DNA of 64,000 nucleotides from Nannocystis bainbridge (GTDB lineage Bacteria; Myxococcota_A; Polyangia; Nannocystales; Nannocystaceae): NCBI RefSeq assembly GCF_028368995.1, contig NZ_JAQNDL010000001.1, positions 1,088,001 to 1,152,000 of the forward strand, read 5' to 3'. Shown piece by piece: positions 57,223 to 64,000 of this stretch (position 1 is its first letter; each line of letters starts with the position of its first letter). The notes under the pieces were generated by a model. It saw only the letters and a program-made list of their open reading frames with translations, ran no database searches and was not told where the DNA came from. The position numbers and the translations under genes were made by a program.

Positions 57223-58560
57223 CAGGACGCTGAAGAAAGACTCGAGCGCTCGAATCTGAGCCGGTCGCCGCGTCCAACACGCCTGTCCGAGAAGACTTGT
57301 TGGGCCGGCCGCCTCCCCGCGGGAGGCCTGCCGCCCTCTGCGGGCCCGGGGTTCGACCCCGGACCCGCGGGGCCTCACGCGATTGGCAGCAGCAGCTTCG
57401 CCATCCGGAGCAGGTTGTAGGCGGCGCCGACGAGGAGCGACGCCATCTCGTTCCGCTGCTTGCCGCGGAATCGGGTCTTGCGGAAGTTAGCGACCGTCTT
57501 TTCCCAGCCGAAGACTTCTTCGATTCGCTTCCGGAAGCGCTGACTGTTCAGGTAACCGTCGTGACGCGAGGTGCGGCCATCGATCGCCGACCCACCACTG
57601 CGGCCCGTGTTCATGGCGACGTGCGGCGTCACGCCGATCCTGCGGCAGCCCTCGACGAAGTCGCGCGTGTCGTAGCCCTTGTCGGCGGCGACGGTGCGCC
57701 GGCTTCGCGTCGGATCGTTGCGCTCGAGCATCATGTACGCGGCCTCGACCTCGGCGCGGCCATGGGCGTGGGTGATGCACATGTCGACGATGAGCCCGTT
57801 GCGGTTCTCCATCAGCACGTGCTGGGCATACGACAGCTTGGCCTCCTTGCCGTTGCCCTTGCGCGCCAGCCTGGCCTCCGGGTCGGTCGTCGACGCGTGC
57901 GTCTCGTTGCCCCGCTTCTCGCCATGGAAGTCGATCGTGGGGTTCTTCGCGTCGCCGACAGGCGGCTTCTCCTCGACAGGCTCGTCCTTGCGCTTGAAGC
58001 TCTTGAGCGAGGCCCACGCCTCGATCAGCGTGCCGTCGACCGAGAAATGCTCGCTGCTCATCAGACCGGCGGCCTTGGCCTGGCCGACGACCAGCGCGAA
58101 GAACTGACGGGCGGCGTCGTGGTCCATGAGACGCTCGCGGTTCTTCGTGAACGTCGTCGGATGGAACGCGTCCTCGGTCATGTCCATGTCGAGGAACCAG
58201 CGGAACAGGATGTTGTAGTCGAGCTGCTCGCAGAACATCCGATCACTTCGCACGGAGTACAGGGCCATGAGCAGCGTCGCCTTGAGCAGCGACTCCGGCG
58301 GGATCGACGGCCGTCCGATCTTCGCGTACATGCCCTCGAACACAGGCACGAGGTCCTTCAGCGCCGCGTCGACGAGCTTCTTCACTGCGCGCAGCGGGTG
58401 CCGCTCAGGGATCCTCGACTCGGTCGAGATCAAGCAGATCATGCTGGACTGAGGGGCCTTGGTGCCGCGCATACGACCAATGTACGAAATCGCGCACGCA
58501 AGGCAACGCCCTCAGTTCCGTCCCGCGCGTGTGGTTACGCCGTCCTTTTTCAGCACCCTG
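57223..58560 (-). mobile_element. Complete IS5-family element, 1338 bp, CTAG target duplication
   Basis: Ends caggacgctgaagaaag and cctttttcagcaccctg are imperfect inverted repeats. CTAG flanks both sides (57219-57222, 58561-58564). Confidence 0.92.
57375..58472 (-). CDS. IS5-family DDE transposase (intact)
   Basis: GRPSIPPE, HFSVDGTLIEAWAS, STTDPEARL, AADKGYD, RKRIEEVFGW, AYNLLRM. Confidence 0.96.
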   Translation of the reverse strand: MRGTKAPQSSMICLISTESRIPERHPLRAVKKLVDAALKDLVPVFEGMYAKIGRPSIPPESLLKATLLMALYSVRSDRMFCEQLDYNILFRWFLDMDMTEDAFHPTTFTKNRERLMDHDAARQFFALVVGQAKAAGLMSSEHFSVDGTLIEAWASLKSFKRKDEPVEEKPPVGDAKNPTIDFHGEKRGNETHASTTDPEARLARKGNGKEAKLSYAQHVLMENRNGLIVDMCITHAHGRAEVEAAYMMLERNDPTRSRRTVAADKGYDTRDFVEGCRRIGVTPHVAMNTGRSGGSAIDGRTSRHDGYLNSQRFRKRIEEVFGWEKTVANFRKTRFRGKQRNEMASLLVGAAYNLLRMAKLLLPIA

Positions 58561-58900
58561 CTAGTTCTCTCGCGGCCTGTCGCGGCGCTCTCGCCTGCCC
58601 GGCAACGACCTGAAGCGGCGTGGAGGCGATGGCGCGGCCGAGCTCTGCCACGCTGGCAGCGCGGCGGTGAGCTACGCCCATGACGGCCTGAGCCTGATCG
58701 GTACCGTCGTCGCGGCTCCGATGAGTGAGGTGTGCGGGCAGAAGCTCGTCGTCGTGGTCACCTTCGCCGCCGACGCACCCGACTTCGCATTCGTCAGCCT
58801 CAGATCCGGGCGACACCAGCACCGGTCCGTGACCGGTACTGCGCCGAGCATGACGAGCGCAGGGCTGATGACGATTCGCCGCAGCATGGTCGGCGAGCGC

Positions 58901-60148
58901 TCAGGGCTCGTCTTCGCCGGTCTCGCTGTCGACGCCGCGCATGGAGAGCAGCCACGCCTCCCGGCGTGCGCGGGCGCCGTCGCGCGAGTCCTTGGAGCTC
59001 GGGCGGGGTTCGACCCATCCGCGTCGCTCGAGGGTCTCGGCGCGGCCGGGTCGACAGAGGGCCTCGTTCGGACCGCAGAGGAGGCGGACGTGGATGTGGC
59101 CCTTGTGGCCGCGCGCGTGCTGGATGATGGACTCCCACTTCTTGCCCTTGCGCGGCCAGTGGATGATGGGCGCCAGCTCGTCGGGGGTCTTGCCGTCCCA
59201 GCGCGCGGCCCAGTAGAGGTGCTCTTGCAGGCGCTCGTCGAGGAAGATGACCGAGACCTGGCCGGTGTCGAGGAAGGCCTTGATCAGCTCCCAGAGGGCC
59301 GGCCAGTCGACGGCCTCGGCGGTCGGGTAGGTCTCGAGCGGGATGGTCGGCAACAGCGGCAGACGAACGTCGATGTCGAGGCCGGTGCGGTGCGATTTGT
59401 GCGGCCTGAATTTGCCGCCCTTGCGGCGGCTGACGGTGCCGACGAAGACCTCGCCGTCGTAGCCGCTGTCGACCCGGAGGCGCGTGAAAGCCTCGATCAT
59501 CGTCGCTAGGGTGTGCGAGCTGGCCCACATCTCGTCCTTCTTGCCGCGCTTCCACAGCGGCGAGAGCGGGACGAGGATCCCGCGGATCAGCCGTCCGCCC
59601 GACGGATAGCCGCGACTCACGGCGTCCTTGCGAAATTCGAGCGGCGGCGGGGGCTCGCCGCGGCGACAATGGACAGTCCGCGGGGCGCCGGGATCGATCC
59701 AGATCGCCAGGGTCATCCCGGGCTCGAGCGTGTCGGTCTTCTTCCAATTCCAGGCCCGGAGGTCGTCGAGGTTGACGCGGTGACGGATCGCCACCTCGCC
59801 CCAGTCATCACCCGGCTCGGCGGTGTACATGATCCGCTCCCGCGGCGGCGGCACCCGGTCGGTGAGCACCTTAAGCCGATTGCCCGAGCGCACGCGGGCC
59901 CGCACGCCCTCGAGCTCGTTCCACTCGACCAGCGCCTCACGGGTCACGCCGTAGCGGACGCCGATCTGCCACAGGGTCTCGCGCGGCCGGACGACATGGT
60001 CGATCCACTCGGGCTCCTCAAGGAACCTGGTCTGCTCGAGCAAGCGGACGCACGCCGGATCGCCGGCGACCGTGGCGGTCACGGGCGCGTCCGGATTGGC
60101 GCCCCCGACCACGATGAGGGCCAGCAGGGCGGTGAGAGCCCCCGACAT
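58901..60148 (-). CDS. LysM-containing penicillin-insensitive murein endopeptidase (MepA/M74-like)
   Basis: Signal/TM, two LysM domains (HVVRPRETLWQIGVRYGV; YTAEPGDDWGEVAIRHRV), HKSHRTGLDID and GHKGHIHVR zinc motifs. Confidence 0.9.
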   Translation of the reverse strand: MSGALTALLALIVVGGANPDAPVTATVAGDPACVRLLEQTRFLEEPEWIDHVVRPRETLWQIGVRYGVTREALVEWNELEGVRARVRSGNRLKVLTDRVPPPRERIMYTAEPGDDWGEVAIRHRVNLDDLRAWNWKKTDTLEPGMTLAIWIDPGAPRTVHCRRGEPPPPLEFRKDAVSRGYPSGGRLIRGILVPLSPLWKRGKKDEMWASSHTLATMIEAFTRLRVDSGYDGEVFVGTVSRRKGGKFRPHKSHRTGLDIDVRLPLLPTIPLETYPTAEAVDWPALWELIKAFLDTGQVSVIFLDERLQEHLYWAARWDGKTPDELAPIIHWPRKGKKWESIIQHARGHKGHIHVRLLCGPNEALCRPGRAETLERRGWVEPRPSSKDSRDGARARREAWLLSMRGVDSETGEDEP

Positions 60149-60324
60149 TCCAGACGGCACGTTAGCCCCGATCGCGGCGCGCAGCAAAATTTGTGCGGCG
60201 CCGCGGCGGACGCCGCGAACGACTCACGATCGCAGGCGAGGAGCGGCGCGCGCGGCTGTCGGTCACCGGCGGCGGTACGTTCCGGCACCCTCGACGCGTC
60301 GGTAAGCGCAGCGACTGGCGCACC

Positions 60325-60447
60325 GCGATCGATGCCGCACGTGGTCGATCCGCCAGCGGCGACGTCCGTCCGCCCGGCGTTCTTGCCGACGCGGACCGGT
60401 TCGTCTCGATCCGTGGTCGTTCCGTCGCCGAGTTGGCGCAGGCCGCA
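60325..60447 (-). pseudogene. Isolated RCC1-repeat fragment
   Basis: QLGDGTTTDRDEPVRV...DVAAGGSTTCGI with no surrounding intact gene. Confidence 0.6.
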
Positions 60448-60900
60448 CGCGTCCCAGCGGCTCACCTCGATCGCGCTCCAGTCGCGGCGCGGATTGGCGA
60501 GTTGCGGGGCGGCGGTCGGCTCGCCTGTCGAACGCAGCCGATGTTCGAGGTCGGGGCGACGGGAAGCCGATCAATCCCAAGGAGGCCGCGCCGCGACCGT
60601 TCGTCACGCCCGGGATGCACAAGCTAGCCAGAGGCCCACGCTCACGGACAGCTCACAGCAATTACAAGCTGGCGCCGTTCGGCTGGAATGTGGTCACCAT
60701 CGGCGCCCGCGAAGACGAGGCCGAGACGCCGGCAGCGTCGCCCGCGACGGTGAGCGGCCCGAACGCCCACATTCCGCCCTATGCGCATTATCCGGGTGCG
60801 GCTGCACCTCAGGAGCTGAGCGGCAGATGGGGTCCTCGACGATCGTGATTGCCCCGAAAAAGTGACCAGTCCTCGTATGAAGAGGCGTCCTCCGAGCGGT

Positions 60901-61190
60901 GCGGTCATCGCCTTGCGCGCCGTACTGGACGAGGCCGAGCGCGTGACGGCGGGACAGCGAGGTGACCCCTCCCGTGAGTGAGTCGACACATGCGTGAGTG
61001 GCGAGCGGGTCTATCCGTTTGCTCGAACGACCCTCCGACAGGAAGCCTGCACCATTGCGCAGTCGGAGGCCGAGCTACCTGCTTGGTGCGGTGGATCGGG
61101 GGCTCAATCTACTCCGTTGCGTGATCGGAAGACGAAGCTCGGACAACATCTGCGCGCAGTTTGTGCTGGACGGCGAGACGTTTTAGTAAC
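60901..61190 (+). repeat. ~290-bp dispersed direct repeat, copy 2
   Basis: Matches 18436-18743; both end in gagacgttttagtaac. Confidence 0.92.
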
Positions 61191-61315
61191 TGGGTCTCCT
61201 CGCGCTTATTTCACGGCGCGGTCGTGATCAGCTGATCGCTCCCATGCCGGAGTCCTGCGCGCCAGGGGACGCCGTGTCGATTGCGGCCCCTGCGCAATGG
61301 CCAGAGTCCCGCGCT

Positions 61316-62350
61316 TCAATGCACGCGCAACAGCCTGGCCCTGGCCTGGATCTCGATCCGCGCCCCCTGAAACAGGCCACCGTTCGCCGTCACAGATGCG
61401 ACCAACTGGTTGCCGGCGCCAGAGAACTGGAAGGAGTAACCGTTGAGGCGTTGATACTCCAACTCGAGCTTCTTCGCCGATGCCGCATCTCCGGCGCCGT
61501 GGGCGAGCGAGATTGCCGCGTCGAACCTGGGGCCGAAATCAGCGCTGGAGATGGTGACAGGGCCATTCGTCGAACTGACCGACGCGCTGCCGCGACCGTT
61601 CTTGTTCTGAAGGACGTCATAAGCCGTCTCGATGATGATCCAGCCCGAGTTAACATTGGCCCACGAGCAGGTCCGGGTCACGCCGGAGTTGAACGTTCCA
61701 GCGCCTTGATGGGCCATGACCCGGCACGCGTCGACCCACATCGTGGCGCCGATCGAGGAGGCATCGGACACGCCGGCCTGGTCCAGGTAGGCTCGGGCCG
61801 CCGGGTCAAGGTTCGACCCCGAGGTGTCGACGTCCCACCGGGGATCGAGCGGGGAATTCGGCGGCAGCGGGTCATCGGGCAGGTCGACGGGTTCGACTTC
61901 CATACGGGAAGCCGGGTCGAGCCCGGCCGGGGGCAGCGGGTCGTCGGGCAGGTCGACGGGTTCGACTTCCATACGGGAAGCCGGGTCGAGCCCGGCCGGG
62001 GGCAGCGGGTCGTCGGGCCGGTCGGTGGGTTCGGCTTCCATCCGGGAAGCCGGGTCGAGCCCGGCCGGGGGCAGCGGGACGTCGGGCTGGCCGGCGGGTT
62101 CGGCTTCCATCCGGGAAGCCGGGTCGAGCCCAGCCGGTTCGAGCTCGGCCGCATCTTCACCCTCGGCCGCATCTTCATCGAGCTCCTCGGCGTCGAGGTT
62201 ACGCGCTGCCCCGGACGTCTCGCGCTCGAGCTCGCTCGACTCTTCGACGTCCTCGCCGAGCATCGCCGCCGGAGGCAGGTCACAGGCAAGCGCCGCCGAA
62301 CCGGCGGTCATGAGCGCGAAGCTGACGAGGATGGAAGTGTTGCACAACAT
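61316..62350 (-). CDS. Lipoprotein with acidic Pro-rich repeat stalk and C-terminal globular domain
   Basis: GGAG RBS, ATG 62350, lipobox ALAC, four 23-aa repeats, then a Trp/Gly/Asn-rich domain. Confidence 0.8.
   Translation of the reverse strand: MLCNTSILVSFALMTAGSAALACDLPPAAMLGEDVEESSELERETSGAARNLDAEELDEDAAEGEDAAELEPAGLDPASRMEAEPAGQPDVPLPPAGLDPASRMEAEPTDRPDDPLPPAGLDPASRMEVEPVDLPDDPLPPAGLDPASRMEVEPVDLPDDPLPPNSPLDPRWDVDTSGSNLDPAARAYLDQAGVSDASSIGATMWVDACRVMAHQGAGTFNSGVTRTCSWANVNSGWIIIETAYDVLQNKNGRGSASVSSTNGPVTISSADFGPRFDAAISLAHGAGDAASAKKLELEYQRLNGYSFQFSGAGNQLVASVTANGGLFQGARIEIQARARLLRVH
61863..62138 (-). repeat. Intragenic 69-bp tandem repeat x4 (PAGLDPASRME.EP.D.PDDPLP)
   Basis: ggcagcggg recurs at 61863, 61932, 62001 and 62070. 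Confidence 0.9.
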
Positions 62351-62716
62351 GTCTATCTCTCCTGGTTTGGTGGAAGACGAGCGCCACGCATCGGCATCGA
62401 TCCGCCGGGATCTCCGTCTCTCGAGACGTCGATCCGGCGTTCGGGCCTCGTCCCCGACATTGGGGAGCGTCGGCCGTCTGTATGGATGTGACGGAGCGGG
62501 TGCGTCCGGATGGTCCGATCTGCAGAAAAATATCGGCGGGCATGCCGCTCGACCGTGCATCCGACAAACTCTCCGGCGAAGCGCGCGCGGGGCGTAGCCC
62601 GCAACGAATGCACGGAACGAGCCGTCGCCCGCCGCGCCTGGGCGCGACACGGTGATGACATTCGTTTGCCCCGCGCAAAGACTCGAGCTTAGAAGCAAGG
62701 TCAGCAGGAGTTCGGC

Positions 62717-63331
62717 ATGCGGTCCAACCTGGACGATTCACCCGCCATCGATCCCGACGATTTCGCGCTCGCCCGGGCGTGCGCCGGAGGAGATCTCGAC
62801 GCTCGCCGCCGAATGGTGCGGGAGTACCATCCTCACTTGATACGCTTTCTCGGCAACAAGGTCCCGCGGCAGCACGTGGAGGACCTGGTCAATGACACCT
62901 TCATCCGGCTGTTCGAGCGAGGTCTCGGCGCCTACGGCGGACAGGGACGCTTGCGCAGCTTCGTGTTGGCGGTCGCGTATCGACGTGCCCTTGAGCACTT
63001 TCGCGGTGGCGCCCGCGTCGCCCATCGCGACTCGTGGGAGGGCGACCCCAGCGCTCCCGGGCCGTCTCCCAGCCGCGTAGTCGCCCAGAAGGGGCGTCGA
63101 CAGACCTTCTGCGCTGAGCTCCGGCGCCTGCCTGCGGAGCTGCAGGAGGTGCTCGAATTTCACTACTGGAACGGCCTGACGACCACCGAGATCGCCGGGA
63201 TTGTGGGGCGCCCGGTCGGTACCGTGCGCTGGCAGCTCCGGCAGGCGCGGGAGCGGCTCAAGGACCGATTGCTCGCTAGCGGGTTCGACGCCGGCGAGTG
63301 GATCGAGCTGACTACCGCGAGCACCCGTTGA
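62717..63331 (+). CDS. ECF RNA polymerase sigma factor
   Basis: GGAG RBS; region 2 VEDLVNDTFIRL...LRSFVLAVAYR and region 4 GLTTTEIAGIVGRPVGTVRWQLRQARERL. Confidence 0.92.
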   Translation: MRSNLDDSPAIDPDDFALARACAGGDLDARRRMVREYHPHLIRFLGNKVPRQHVEDLVNDTFIRLFERGLGAYGGQGRLRSFVLAVAYRRALEHFRGGARVAHRDSWEGDPSAPGPSPSRVVAQKGRRQTFCAELRRLPAELQEVLEFHYWNGLTTTEIAGIVGRPVGTVRWQLRQARERLKDRLLASGFDAGEWIELTTASTR

Positions 63332-63339
63332 GATCCGAG

Positions 63340-64000
63340 ATGCGCGAAGATTCGCTGTTCGGCTCTATCCGCGGCCCGTATTCGACGGACCCGTGCGGAC
63401 TGGAGCTCGCGCTCGTCGAGTCGCGCCTGATCGACCCGGACAGCGCCCCGCGGCTAGGACGCTTCATTCTCCTCGAGCCCGTCGGCCGCGGTGGCATGGG
63501 CACCGTCTTCGCCGCGTTCGATCCGCAGCTCGAGCGCAAGGTCGCCGTGAAGATCCTGCACGCACAGCACTCCAGCGACCGCCTCCTCCAGGAAGCCAAG
63601 GCGCTCGCCAAGGTCGACGATCACAACATTTTGACCATCTACGAGGTCGGCGAGCATCAGGGACGGGCGTACATCGCCATGGAGCTGCTCGACGGCCACT
63701 CGCTCGGCGAGCTGGAGCGCCGACAGCGGGTTCCCTGGCGTCGGTGGATCCAACTGTACAGCGCCGCCGGCCGCGGACTCGATAGCGCCCACCGTGCCGG
63801 CCTGGTTCACCGGGACTTCAAGCCAGACAATGTCCTCGTGGCGCGAGACGGCCGGGTCGTCGTCGCCGACTTCGGGCTGGCGAGCGAGGCACCGACCCTG
63901 CGAGACAGCAGCCTTGGCCATCGTCCCCACCTGGAGGAAAGCGTCGCTCCTCCACGGCAGCAACCCGGAACCGTGCTCTACATGGCCCCGGAGCAGCTCT
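63340..64000 (+). CDS. Ser/Thr protein kinase (runs off the window)
   Basis: Manual translation from ATG 63340: VGRGGMGTV, VAVK, HRDFKPDNV, DFG, YMAPE. Confidence 0.93.
   Translation, partial: MREDSLFGSIRGPYSTDPCGLELALVESRLIDPDSAPRLGRFILLEPVGRGGMGTVFAAFDPQLERKVAVKILHAQHSSDRLLQEAKALAKVDDHNILTIYEVGEHQGRAYIAMELLDGHSLGELERRQRVPWRRWIQLYSAAGRGLDSAHRAGLVHRDFKPDNVLVARDGRVVVADFGLASEAPTLRDSSLGHRPHLEESVAPPRQQPGTVLYMAPEQL

Noticed and set aside
61863-62138. 69-bp tandem repeat as a CRISPR array
   Set aside because: In-frame coding repeat with no unique spacers, and no cas genes in the window.

Overview
High-GC, myxobacterium-like sequence (Nannocystis-type gene content; taxon inferred, not proven). Positions 1-9.3 kb look like ordinary chromosome: a partial Ser/Thr kinase, a small lipoprotein, a degenerate Clp-like AAA protein and a TetR-regulated RND efflux pair. 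A GH44 glycosidase breaks off near 9348, where a tyrosine integrase with an in-frame N-terminal Xis-like HTH converges on it. Most of the remainder looks like an accessory island. It carries iteron-like repeats, a tandem-XRE protein, an adenylate cyclase-AAA-TPR protein, three MerR/Xis-like HTH genes and a kinase-lipoprotein module. The most interesting element is a Tc-toxin-like locus (26.3-39.7 kb): a lipoprotein with TcA-like C-terminal motifs, a Sec-signal TcB-TcC (SpvB/FG-GAP/Rhs) fusion ending in a NucA/NucB DNase, cognate SMI1/Tdi1-like and SUFU immunity genes, and two Crp regulators. Further along are a nitrilase-NACHT-pentapeptide-WD40 NLR-like protein, HEPN/Abi-like genes, decayed IS3 and IS66 elements, an intact IS5 with a CTAG duplication, a LysM-MepA endopeptidase and an ECF sigma-kinase pair. 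Non-coding signals include 14-bp-phased CATG arrays, a thrice-repeated TGTATGCCGCATACA palindrome and a ~300-bp direct repeat 42.5 kb apart. All family assignments come from motif recognition by eye; no database searches were run.
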